DNA of 64,000 bases, taken from Lingula anatina. Taxonomy: Eukaryota > Animalia > Brachiopoda. The stretch is from assembly GCA_051362555.1 (NCBI GenBank), contig CM120643.1, positions 7,316,001 to 7,380,000 of the forward strand, written 5' to 3'. A program made the position numbers and the translations under genes. The notes below the pieces were generated by a model. The model saw only the letters and a list, made by a program, of their open reading frames with translations, did not search any database and was not told the origin of the DNA. Positions 49,450 to 60,581 of this stretch are shown in pieces. Numbering within the stretch: the stretch's first letter is position 1; each line of letters starts with the position of its first letter.

Positions 49450-50770
49450 GCAAGAGGTCCAGTCACCTGTTTTCAATGGCTGTTCTGTCTCTGGCTGTTC
49501 ATTCATCCTAAAACTTGCCGCATCCCGTGTCTTGCACAACTGGGTGAGATGACGATGTTCCTGTTGCTGTCTTTTAATGTCTGCTTCTTATAAAATACAT
49601 GTCCCCCATGTTCAGCCAGGTAAAGTCAGTTCACCTAGAAGACACCATGCTGTATGGAGACTGGAGCTGGAAAAAGAGACATGACAATGTATAAGTGAAG
49701 GAACACAGATTATCTTAACACAAAGAAAAGACAAAAACCTGACATTCCACCAGAGCCAGTTGAGAAAAATATTAAAACTATGATACACTGCCAAGTGACA
49801 ACCTTATATGGTAGACATCAGTGTTGTGGTGATTGAACTGTGATAAGTTAAACTGACCTTTCCTTTTGGAGGCTACTGGACACAATTGTGACAAAAGAGA
49901 CCAGCAAATTCTCAGATTGAACACAGTAAAATAAACAGATCTCTGCCAAATCTGTTGAAATTTTTGTGACATTTGAACACAAAATGCCTAACAATTGCAA
50001 AAATCTGGGATAATTATATCAATTGACAGTGACTAATTGAAAGACATTTTCTGACATTTGAGAGGAGTCACCAAGGAAATTCTAACATGTTCTTCAGCCA
50101 CTTTATATGAAGAGTTAAGTGCACATGAACAATATTTAATGGAAGTATTCATCTTTTAGATATTTTGTGCATTTATAATTAATGGTTTAAATAAAAAAAA
50201 TGCATTGGTAACAAATGAGAGACGTGGATAAAAAATGCCCTTAAACAACTTCAATACGCATTACAATTATAAGTTTTTTTTTAATAAAGAAGTGTGGTAA
50301 TTATTAAACCCGTGCTTTTTAAGTCATATTAAAAAATATTCAAATCCAAAACTTGGGATAACTGGCCTTGTGTCTCTACAGAGGTAAGAAAGAAGACCAA
50401 TTATACCCACTGTTACTTCAAAGACAAAACCAGCTGTTCATTTTGTGTACTACCTGCAAGAAGTCCAGTTCCCTGTTTACCATGGCTGTCCTGTCTCTGG
50501 CTCTTCACAACCCATTCATCCTGAAACTTGCTGTGTCTTGCGCAGTTGCATGAGATGAAGGGATATTCCTGCAGCTGTTATTTCCTGTCTATTTCATATT
50601 AATAATACATCCCCGGACCCCCCCATGTCCAGCCAGGTAAAGTCAGTTCACCTAGAAGTCACCATGCTCTATGGAGACTGGAGCTGGAAAAAGAGACAAA
50701 AGATAATATTAATGAAGTGACATAAATTATCTTAATAAAAAGAATATTGACAGTCCACAAGAGCCAGAAG
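49450..50770. repeat. Local direct duplication (about 49455-49770 vs 50462-50770)
   Basis: Shared CAGCCAGGTAAAGTCAGTTCACCTAGAAG.CACCATGCT.TATGGAGACTGGAGCTGGAAAAAGAGACA and similar flanks. Confidence 0.8.
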
Positions 50771-50964
50771 AATATTAGGGACCATTCCTATACTAACTCA
50801 GGGGCGGATTTAGGCCGTCCTCCGGGATCTTCCGGAAGAAGGTCAGATTTTTAAGTTTACATTGGCGAGTAACTAATCTTTTCTATTGGAAGACGCCTGA
50901 CGGTCTAAAATGGAGGATGGATCAATAAAGATAATTCGGAAGCCTGTCAGAAATTACCTGTAAC

Positions 50965-51147
50965 TGTTGATCAATGTATTTCTGAGGGGATTCTTGCTAA
51001 ATTGCAATCAACTTGAGCAGCTTAGATGTCTGTCACACCTACTGAAGCTGCTAAAGAGTAATTAATTATCAGTAGGCACGCCAGACATCTAAGCTGCTAA
51101 GCTAAAGCAATTCAGCAAGAAATCCCTCAGAAATAAGTTGATTAACA
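50965..51147. mobile_element. Palindromic MITE
   Basis: Arms TGTTGATCAA..TATTTCTGAGGGGATTCTTGCT...GCAGCTTAGATGTCTG / CAGACATCTAAGCTGC...AGCAAGAAATCCCTCAGAAATA.GTTGATTAACA. Confidence 0.65.
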
Positions 51148-51151
51148 TTTA

Positions 51152-51408
51152 GGCTTCGTTCACATGCAATGTCTATTTTCTAAATTCTATTTTCTATTTG
51201 CGGTATGTCTTATGATCACGGTCTGTGGCCTGAATATCCCGCGGCGTAATTACTGGCAGCGCGAGCCAGTTACTATAAGTTACTATAAGTAACTGGCTCG
51301 CGCTGCCAGTAATTACGCGGCGGGATATTCAGGGCACAGACCGTGATCATAAGATAGCGCAAATAGAAAATAGAAATTAGAAAATAGACATTGCATGTGA
51401 ACGAAGCC
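51152..51408. mobile_element. PIF/Harbinger-type palindromic MITE
   Basis: GGCTTCGTTCACATGCAATG / CATTGCATGTGAACGAAGCC with TTA TSD; almost fully self-complementary. Confidence 0.85.
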
Positions 51409-52233
51409 TTAGTCTGGGAATGGTCCCTTAAATGGTCACTGTTGATGATTGTGTTAGTTGAGACCGTGACCTCTGACATTGTGTTCCGTTCCCATGATGC
51501 ATTAGTAGTAATGGTTACAGTGATTGCGAAAGCCGTCGGACCACGGCCATATGCCGGCAAAAATTCTGTGGGCTGGAAAACCCTTTTAACTCATCGGCCC
51601 ACATGTCCGACGTACTAAAGTCGGTTTCTTTAACAGACACCTCGCCTCATATTTGAACTTATCGTAGAGCTCTAAGTACGCACTGTGCGCAAGTAAAACT
51701 TTAACTTGCGCCATACTGGTGCGTACAAATAGCAAATACTATTTTTTGTAATAAAGGTTTATGTACATTTAATGTCGCTCGAAGTGTGCGTAGCGATGGT
51801 GTGAGGGCTGACATGTGACCCGTTTCACAAAAAATGTATCTAAACTGAAACAACTACAGGTCAATGAAAATCGTACTGCTCAAGACTCTGAAAACAGGTC
51901 GCTCAAACTGCTTACGACAGGCCATGCGCGGACCTCTGAGAACACCTAACTACACGTGCTGGGTAAACAAGTATGGCTTCCGTCGGACTGCATGTTGAGT
52001 AAACGATAAGTGAAAAGGAGAAATATTCATTTGTTTTTTAGATGGGTGCTCTTAACTAATTTTAACGGATATTTAAGTAATATTGCACCTTTAGCGATGC
52101 TATATGTCAAAATGAGGGACAACATCATTTTCAATGCGGAAAATCCGCAATGGCACAGTCAGGGTGCAAAACTGTCCATTATATTCATCTAAACGAACTA
52201 GCTTAGATATTGAATAAAGATTCTTTTCAGACT

Positions 52234-52897
52234 CTGGCCCGTACCCAGGGATGGTTCAGGGGTTTCGAAAGAACCGCCTCTTAAGCACCCCGCACACGGT
52301 AAGCAATTGGCGCGCGCCACTTGCGCCGAGCAAGATGCTCGGGCTCCTCAACTCCCCGCAAACGCTGCGCTCTTTGCTAAGCAGAGGTGCCTCCCGGCCT
52401 GCCCCTAGCGGACGCACTGTGAACTGTGGGATCATGTGTTTAAGGAAACATTACATATTGTTGTTTTTTCTGATAGTAATGGATAATGGTGACCACGTTA
52501 ATCAATCAGACTAACTATAACTGTGTACATTTTTGTTGACTTCGCTGGGGGCTGCCATTTTTGTTTGTTTCCGGCTACTGGCACATGCGCATTGTTAGCA
52601 TGGCGTGAGCAATCGGCGCTTGCACCCCGCACACGCTGAGACATTTGCCTCAAGAGACCAAAAAAATCAAACACGTGAGAAATTTTGCTCAGCCGCGCGT
52701 GAGGCAAAAATCTCATTAAAATACCCCAGCACACGATGAGAAAACGGCGCAGCGCAAGTGGCGCGCGCCAAATGCTCACCGTGTGCGGGCCCCTTTATGC
52801 TGACAAAAGGTCCACTCTTGGTAAAATTTGATCTAGGTACATGGCGTTTTTATGGAAAAAGACCCTCCCCCTTTTAAAATTGCTGGCTACGGGCCTG
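52234..52897. mobile_element. hAT-type MITE nested in the non-autonomous hAT
   Basis: CTGGCCCGTACCCAG / CTGGCTACGGGCCTG; inverted homolog of 46027-46193. Confidence 0.75.
52284..52794. mobile_element. PIF/Harbinger-type MITE (third nesting level)
   Basis: Arms CCCGCACACGGT.AGCA.TTGGCGCGCGCCACTTGCGC and their reverse complement; TTA on both sides. Confidence 0.8.
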
Positions 52898-53846
52898 CTA
52901 TGAGAGCAATAGCTTTATTTTACAATAAAAATGGAATTTGTCTACCTTTTCCACACACTACAATTATTTAGGACTTCAGAGTAGTAGCATCAAGCCTTTT
53001 TTCTATTGAATTTAATCATATAAAAAATATTGAAATACAATGAATTTTCTTTAAATAATTCACGGCACACATTTTAAAAAAATGGCCAAGTGGTCCAAAA
53101 TGGCCTGACCAGATTTTGACCCAGGACAATCCCTGCTAACAAACAGACAAGCATTTTTCCAAGAGTGAAAATCTAAAAAAAGTTAGATAAGTTGGAAGCT
53201 CCACTTCACTATGACTTATATTTTAATTTTAGTCAAAAATTGGAATAAAATTTACAAAGGATACATGATCTTGTGTTAAAAGATTAGAAATTAAGATAAG
53301 CAACCCAGATATAAAAAGGATAAAATTTAAATGCCAGAAAGCAACCAAAATGAAAGACATTTAAACTTAAACCTTTAAATATCCTATTACATCTGGCCTG
53401 AAAATAAAAAAGCAGCGATTTAAAATGCCAGACAATAATATTCATCAAAAATGAAGTGAAAATAAACAGCTTAATTATTTTGTTGTGGGCCGGTAAAAAA
53501 AGGTGTGGGCTGACAAAATTTAATTTGCTCCAGCCCACATGTCTGGTAAGTGTTCAATCTCTTTCGCAATCACTGTGGTTAGGTGTTGAATTAAGTTCAG
53601 TGTTCATTGAACATGTGAATATTGCGTTGTTCCACATACACACAGTCTGGTCCATACAAAACTGGGACCGAGATCAACAGTCACATGCCTCGATCCCCAC
53701 ACGACTGTATGGTCGAATGGAGTCAAGATTTGATTGATGTGCCCATGCCTGAATGACGCCAGTGGAGGCGTGTGAGAGGTGGAGTGACCATTACAGGATT
53801 AAGCAGTCTTCCTTTCATGTAGGTCTGCCATATTAAGGCCGTGGAC

Positions 53847-56800
53847 TGTAATAAGATGGCTCTTTACTGAGTCCAACGTGCTGGACTCTATTCAGGAGAG
53901 AGACAACAACAATGCGTCTGACTTCTACGAAAGTTTATTATGAAGTGCTAGGCTTGTATATACATGTACATTAAAAAGTATGAGGAACACCTGTTTACTT
54001 TAACAATGGCTGAGAACTGTCATCAAGTGTAATCTGTAGGTGACCAAGGGTCATTCAAAGAATGCCACTAATGGAAGCTTGTGAACTTTGATGACATTTA
54101 CCAAAAACAAGAAGATAATGTTACATCTCCCTTTCTTCAATCAAATGTCCTGGGTGTTAACAGTCATAGTCTTGGTGAAATATCCCTGCACTGGCAATAT
54201 GTGCTTGTTAGTCCTGCCTGTCAGATATGTGTATCCAATAGTGAACATATACTGTCATTGAAAAAATTCTTGATAAAGTTAAGTTCATATCCTTTTGTCC
54301 AAGGGTAATTTCCTCTAAAGTCTTTTATATCACTTTGCAAAAATTACATAGATTCTATAATTTTTTGTTTGCAAACTCTGCCAGCTCGTGTTACATAGGG
54401 CTGGGGCGAATGACATTCATCTTTCTGAGGGGTTGATTTGACTTTAACTGGGGACTTAACTGGGGCATTTACAGCAGGCTTTGGGTGATCTGCTAGAATT
54501 TTAAGATCACTGGATTTATTAACCAGATTCTCAGTGCAAATAGGCACTTGTGGGTCAGTGTCATGAGGAACATTGGGCTCTTTTGTTTTGAGAATATGAC
54601 GCCTGTTACGTCGATATATACCACCATTAGGAGCTTGTAAAACAAATGAATTTTCATTCACCTTATCAATGACATTGGCAGGTTTCCATAACTTGTCATT
54701 TCGCTGAAATCTGACTGACTCACCTACAGTTATAGGGGGAAGGGGTCGGGAACCATGGTCATAAAATTTCTTCTGCTTTTGACGACTTGAATCTATCTTA
54801 TGTTTGACCTTTCCAGGATCAATGAACTGGGGACACAACTGTTGATTGGTGGCAGGTAAAACAGAACGCAACTGCCGTCCTTGTAATAACTGCGCTGGGG
54901 AGTATCCGATGTCAAGGGGGGACACCCTGTATTCCAATAAGGCCAAATTAGGGTCGGATTTATCAGACTTTGACTTTTCAAACAGTTTCTTTACAATTTG
55001 GACATATTTCTCAGCTAGTCCGTTGGACTGAGGGTAATTGGGGCTGGAGGTCACATGTTTGAAATCATATTGCTTGGAGAAATCAGTGAACTCCTGAGAG
55101 GCGTACTGAGGACCATTGTCTGAAAAGACAGTTTCTGGGATTCCAAATCTAGCAAATATAACCTTTAATTTGCTGATTACCTGATAACTTTGAGTAGAGG
55201 TAAGTTGAGCTACCTCAAAGTATCGACTGTAATAATCAACTACAACTATAAAATCCTTTCCATCCCATGTAAACAAATCAGTGGCAACTGTTTGCCAGGG
55301 GTAATCAGGGATGGGGTGTGGCTGCAAAGGTTGTTTAGGGTTGTTATTTCTCTGCATGAGACAAATGGGGCACTTGGAAACAAAATCATTAATGTCACCT
55401 GACATGCCTGGCCAAAAAATTGCTGATCTGGCTCGTTTTTGGCATTTCTCTATTCCTTTGTGACCTGTGTGTATAGAATGCAGCATTTTCACCCTTAGTT
55501 TCTGGGGTACGATAACCTTTTGACCTTTGAGCAGTAGGCCATCAATGTAAGACAATTCGTCTCTGTGATTCCAAAATTCTATAATCTCAGAGGGGCAATC
55601 ACTCCTTTTAACAGGCCAACCATTTAAAACGGTTTTGCGCAAAGTCTGAAACTGTTCAGTTTGTTCAGTTTCTTGACGAATTTCGTCTAACTTTCTATCA
55701 CTAATAGGAATTTTTGAGAGCACTGCATGTACGTGTGCATCCATTCCTTTAGCGAGCTCTGGGTAGGTGTCTTTTACAAAATTGCGAGACAATGTGTCTG
55801 CAAGTGGTATCTGTGTACCTGGTTTGTAAATTACCTCCAGATCGTATCGCTGTAATTGTAACAGCATTCTCTGCAAGCGTGGAGGGGCTGTATTCAAGGG
55901 CTTCTTGAATATAGGAATTAAAGGTTTGTGGTCTGTCTCCACTACTACTTTACGGCCATAAACGTATTGGTGAAATCTCTTACACCCAAAAACTATCCCA
56001 AACATTTCTTTTTCTATTTGGGCATAGTTGATTTCTGATGTATTGAGAGCTTTGGATGCATAAGCTATGGGTTTTCCATCCTGCAACAGTGCAGCACCTA
56101 AACCATACTTAGAGGCATCAGTCTGTAGGGTAGTGACCTGGCTGGGGTCAAAATACGTTAACGTAGGACTTGGGGCCGCTGTGATTACCTCTTTTACTTC
56201 ATTGAGAGCTTTCTCATGCTCATCGATCCAATGAAAAATCATGTCTTTTGCAAGTAACTTGCGAAGGGGGCTGGTAATCTCTGAAAGGTTGGGAGCAAAT
56301 TTAGCTAGGTATGTCACCATACCCAGAAAAGTCTCTAACTCTTTCTTATTAGTCGGGGCTTTCATCTCCCTAATTGCTTTGACCTTTTCCGGGTCAGGCT
56401 CTAAGCCTTTTGATGTGATAATGTGACCAAAATATTTTACTTTAGTCACGCCGATTTCCATTTTTTCTCTGTTGAGTTTGATCCCACACTCACGTGACCT
56501 TTGTAAAACATTACGCAGATTTCGGTCATGCTGTTCTCTGTTTTTTCCAAACACTATGATGTCATCTACTAAGGCTATTACACCGTCAAGACCCTCAAAA
56601 TTTTCGTCTACCCTTCTCTGAAACTCATCCTGCGACGATCTCAAACCAAAAGGCAGTCGCAGATATCTGTATCTACCAAATGGCGTATTAAACGTCGTAA
56701 GGTATGAGGATTCTTTGGATAGTTTAATTGTCCAATACCCTGACCTGGCATCCAACTTACTGAAGTATTGAGCACCTGCTAACTGGGGTAATACTTCTTC

Positions 56801-58740
56801 TAACGTTCTAGGGGGGTAATGGGGTCTCAAAATAGCTCTATTTAGGTCTTTGGGATCCAGGCACACACGTACCTTACCTGAGCTTGATTCAGGCTTCTCA
56901 ACAATCACTAGAGAATTTACCCATTCTGTGGGCTCTGTGACTTTACAAATCACGTCAAGCTTCTCCATACGCTCAAGTTCATTTTTGAGCTTTTCATGAA
57001 GTGCATGCGGCACTTTGCGAGGGGGGTGAACAACAGGAATTACGTTGGGATCAGTGTGAAGTACACATTCACCTGGGAACAATCCTATACCCTCGAATAC
57101 GTCTTTGTATTCATGCAATATTTGGTCTTTACCAAACTCGGATTTGTTCAGATTTTGGCTGGGTTTACTAGAATCTCTTTTTCCGACCAGCTCTCGCTTC
57201 AAATCAGCATCTACATCGCAAGCATACACTAACTTAATCAGGCACAAGTCCATACATGCTTTCAAACCAAGTATCGGTGAAGATTCTGTATCAACGACGT
57301 GAAACAGAAGGCCAATGGACTTTTTCTTATACTGACAAGTGAAATTTGCAGACCCTAAGTTTTTTAGTGAGTGACCATTATAAGCAGTAAGCTTCTGACT
57401 AGGAGGTTTCAGGTCGTCTACATGACCAATTGAGTCAAACACATGCTTGGGTAAAATATTCACTTGAGAACCTGTGTCAATCTTAAACTTAACATTGATC
57501 TTTGCTGGACCAATTTCTACATGGCAAAATGCTTGATCTAAACCCTCTGACGTGTCAATACTATCTACAATAAATTGTGAATCTGAATCAGAATCAGAAT
57601 CGGGCTGATCTGGCAAAGCTTGCAACTCGTTAATATGTTTTTTAGCAATACTTTTGCGACATTTTTTAGCAAAGTGATTGAATTTCTTACAGTTATTACA
57701 CTGTTTACCCTTAGCTGGACATCTATCAGTCTTGGCATGCTCGTAGCCACAATTGTCACACTCATGTCTGTCCTGTTTCTGCTGTTTCTTCTGTCTGTTC
57801 ACATGTCTCCAGTTGCCTGTACGTGGAGGTTGTTTCTTAATGCTGCTGACCTCTTTTCCCATTGTCTTGAGTTGTTCCATTGAATACTCGTACGACTGGG
57901 CTATCTGCACGGCTTTGTCGAGTGTCAGCTTGTCACCTTCATTTATGAGTTTTTCCCTCACTTTCTCTGATGAGGTACCAAATACGATCCTGTCTCGGAT
58001 CATCTCTTCTGCATTTGTGTATGCACAGTCGACAGCAAGTGTCCGCAAATGAGTAATAAATTGTTCAACGGTAGATGCACCTTGAGTTTCATTGTTAAAC
58101 TTGAACCGCGCGAAGATGGGATTCAGTTTCGGCTGCACATGGGCTTTAAAACGGTCATAATATGACTGCAGCTTGTCTGGTTCGTCCAGATTTGTCCAAG
58201 TTGACTTTATTTCTCTCCCCTTGTCTCCTATCCATAACAAGAGATAAGTCACCTTCACTTTTTCTTCCTTTTCCTTTAGTGGCCCATTAAAAATAAGTTC
58301 CACAAGACTATGGAAATTTTTCCACTGTTCAGGAAGATTAGACGCACTCCAGTCCATGGAAGGTGTTGGGATACCAGTGAGTTCCATGCTAACAGTTAAC
58401 ACAATGTTAAAACTGCCACGGATCGTCACTGTTGCCTGTCTGGCAACCACTTCTGACACCATGTAATAAGATGGCTCTTTACTGAGTCCAACGTGCTGGA
58501 CTCTATTCAGGAGAGAGACAACAACAATGCGTCTGACTTCTACGAAAGTTTATTATGAAGTGCTAGGCTTGTATATACATGTACATTAAAAAGTATGAGG
58601 AACACCTGTTTACTTTAACAATGGCTGAGAACTGTCATCAAGTGTAATCTGTAGGTGACCAAGGGTCATTCAAAGAATGCCACTAATGGAAGCTTGTGAA
58701 CTTTGATGACATTTACCAAAAACAAGAAGATAATGTTACA
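53847..58740 (-). mobile_element. Intact Ty3/Gypsy LTR retrotransposon (Mag-like)
   Basis: 279-bp LTRs at 58462-58740 and 53847-54125, identical by eye, TG..CA. GGAC TSD. PBS TGGTGTCAGAAGTGG (tRNA-Leu type) immediately after the 5' LTR. PPT AGAAAGGGAGA before the 3' LTR. Confidence 0.97.
54344..58387 (-). CDS. Single-ORF Gag-Pol polyprotein (about 1347 aa)
   Basis: Two zinc knuckles (CDNCGYEH..., CNNCKKFNHFAKKC), protease FKIDTGS, RT LDARSGYW/LPFG/LVDDI, RNase H TDASKYGLG/TDHKPL, integrase H..H..CPIC with DLF, SDNGPQY and SNGLAE. The likely start is MELTG at 58387, since the track start overlaps the LTR/PBS. Confidence 0.95.
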   Translation of the reverse strand: MELTGIPTPSMDWSASNLPEQWKNFHSLVELIFNGPLKEKEEKVKVTYLLLWIGDKGREIKSTWTNLDEPDKLQSYYDRFKAHVQPKLNPIFARFKFNNETQGASTVEQFITHLRTLAVDCAYTNAEEMIRDRIVFGTSSEKVREKLINEGDKLTLDKAVQIAQSYEYSMEQLKTMGKEVSSIKKQPPRTGNWRHVNRQKKQQKQDRHECDNCGYEHAKTDRCPAKGKQCNNCKKFNHFAKKCRKSIAKKHINELQALPDQPDSDSDSDSQFIVDSIDTSEGLDQAFCHVEIGPAKINVKFKIDTGSQVNILPKHVFDSIGHVDDLKPPSQKLTAYNGHSLKNLGSANFTCQYKKKSIGLLFHVVDTESSPILGLKACMDLCLIKLVYACDVDADLKRELVGKRDSSKPSQNLNKSEFGKDQILHEYKDVFEGIGLFPGECVLHTDPNVIPVVHPPRKVPHALHEKLKNELERMEKLDVICKVTEPTEWVNSLVIVEKPESSSGKVRVCLDPKDLNRAILRPHYPPRTLEEVLPQLAGAQYFSKLDARSGYWTIKLSKESSYLTTFNTPFGRYRYLRLPFGLRSSQDEFQRRVDENFEGLDGVIALVDDIIVFGKNREQHDRNLRNVLQRSRECGIKLNREKMEIGVTKVKYFGHIITSKGLEPDPEKVKAIREMKAPTNKKELETFLGMVTYLAKFAPNLSEITSPLRKLLAKDMIFHWIDEHEKALNEVKEVITAAPSPTLTYFDPSQVTTLQTDASKYGLGAALLQDGKPIAYASKALNTSEINYAQIEKEMFGIVFGCKRFHQYVYGRKVVVETDHKPLIPIFKKPLNTAPPRLQRMLLQLQRYDLEVIYKPGTQIPLADTLSRNFVKDTYPELAKGMDAHVHAVLSKIPISDRKLDEIRQETEQTEQFQTLRKTVLNGWPVKRSDCPSEIIEFWNHRDELSYIDGLLLKGQKVIVPQKLRVKMLHSIHTGHKGIEKCQKRARSAIFWPGMSGDINDFVSKCPICLMQRNNNPKQPLQPHPIPDYPWQTVATDLFTWDGKDFIVVVDYYSRYFEVAQLTSTQSYQVISKLKVIFARFGIPETVFSDNGPQYASQEFTDFSKQYDFKHVTSSPNYPQSNGLAEKYVQIVKKLFEKSKSDKSDPNLALLEYRVSPLDIGYSPAQLLQGRQLRSVLPATNQQLCPQFIDPGKVKHKIDSSRQKQKKFYDHGSRPLPPITVGESVRFQRNDKLWKPANVIDKVNENSFVLQAPNGGIYRRNRRHILKTKEPNVPHDTDPQVPICTENLVNKSSDLKILADHPKPAVNAPVKSPVKVKSTPQKDECHSPQPYVTRAGRVCKQKIIESM

Positions 58741-59181
58741 GGACCAGTTAGCACTCGGATCTTCTCATTGCTTCTTGATTATATATATAACTCTGCTAGT
58801 ACTTTTTTATGTTTTACCTCAGATGTTTCAAGGATCGAACTCGGAGCTACTGAATAACACTTATAACACTGGGATCACCGGATCCCTACGTCTATTCTCT
58901 ACCTCTTGTATCTGCAGGTCCTTCTCTCTCTCTCTCTCTCTCAAAAACCCCGCCCAACTGCATGTCGCTTTCAATCCTAAGGCTAAGACTTCCGGTACCA
59001 GATCACTGCAACAAAGTACTCACCCTTTTGTCATCAAGAATGTGTTTGCATACATTTAAAGGGATGCTGGAATCGTGGAATGTCCTACTGCTTTAGATAA
59101 AACTTTAATGGTAACTCATAGATATATCTTGTCCTTGGAATAACGTTATTTCATTAACGTGTAAAATTTTCCCGCTCCGCC

Positions 59182-60116
59182 CACGCTCGGCTGTCACCTT
59201 GATTGGATAGTAAACGATTGTCGTAAAATCGCTAAATGATATTAAAACCGGGTGCATAAACTTGAAAACCACCTACAACAACCTTGGACTACCACATTAA
59301 TCCAATACAATGCAAACATAAACTATAACAAGTGGTTAAAGCCTTCAAACCGAATGTCGTAAAGTCCCCATATACCTCCATAGAGACAATAAAATAGAAT
59401 GAGCTTGTGAAACAAGAAAAATCCAGTTCCAACATAATAATCGAAATAAAATACTGCCGGGCATCGGAGCGGCCTAAAACTTGGCACGCTTACCGCTAAT
59501 ACTGCAGGCTACATCATTCCGTCGCTCGTTTGTAAATTCCGTGCATGGCATACGCACAATCAAACCGTAAAAAACAAATTCTCGGGGTGTCGTTGGCTAG
59601 GTCCACTCTAACCTACCATTACGAAAAAGAAGCCATGCCATTGGACAATGCGACCTCTGCGGTTACGTCATTTCCTGAATTGGATTGTTGCGTGGACCTA
59701 GCCAACGACACCCCGAGAATTTGTTTTTTACGGTTTGATTGTGCGTATGCCATGCACGGAATTTACAAACGAGCGACGGAATGATGTAGCCTGCAGTATT
59801 AGCGGTAAGCGTGCCAAGTTTTAGGCCGCTCCGATGCCCGGCAGTATTTTATTTCGATTATTATGTTGGAACTGGATTTTTCTTGTTTCACAAGCTCATT
59901 CTATTTTATTGTCTCTATGGAGGTATATGGGGACTTTACGACATTCGGTTTGAAGGCTTTAACCACTTGTTATAGTTTATGTTTGCATTGTATTGGATTA
60001 ATGTGGTAGTCCATGGTTGTTGTAGGTGGTTTTCAAGTTTATGCACCCGGTTTTAATATCATTTAGCGATTTTACGACAATCGTTTACTATCCAATCAAG
60101 GTGACAGCCGAGCGTG
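59182..60116. mobile_element. Foldback DNA element with 425-bp inverted arms and 8-bp TSD
   Basis: Arms at 59182-59606 and 59692-60116 (one mismatch seen), 85-bp spacer, termini CACGCTCGG / CCGAGCGTG, TSD GCTCCGCC (59174-59181, 60117-60124). Confidence 0.92.
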
Positions 60117-60581
60117 GCTCCGCCTAAGCCCGACTAAGTAGGTCAAAGAAAACCCGCAGTGAATACTGGGTCACATCTCGGTACATTCGGCAGATGAAGC
60201 GCCACAGTTTTACTCTGCGTCCAAGTTATTATATCTTTTGATTTTTTGTTTAGATATGATATCATTGATTATTGATAAAGAATAAATTATTGCAAAAAGG
60301 TCATTTTAAATTATTTTTTATTGTTTAATATTATTATATATTTTCTTTTTGCTTCAACTTTTGCTGGATCTCAGCACTACTAACACAACGCTCAATTTGA
60401 GCAAATAGAGCATTTAAGGACCTTCGCATTTAGAGTGATTACCATTAAAAGTAAAATAAACGTAGCCTACTTGAAAATATTCTAAAGTCAATTTTTTTCC
60501 CAAATATCCTGCAAATCTACTAGTAAGCCTACTTGTAGGCCTACTTTACTTTTATAGACTGCGCTATCTAGAGACCATATA

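Larger units (their letters stand above)
51518..53575 (+). mobile_element. Non-autonomous derivative of the 33412 hAT, 6-bp TSD
   Basis: Same TIR and about 100-150 bp of subterminal sequence as 33412/39972. TGGTTA flanks both sides (51512-51517, 53576-53581). The interior is unrelated to the transposase. Confidence 0.92.

Noticed and set aside
54793-58052. Short antisense and alternate-frame ORFs inside the Gypsy
   Set aside because: They are expected shadows of the long gag-pol frame.
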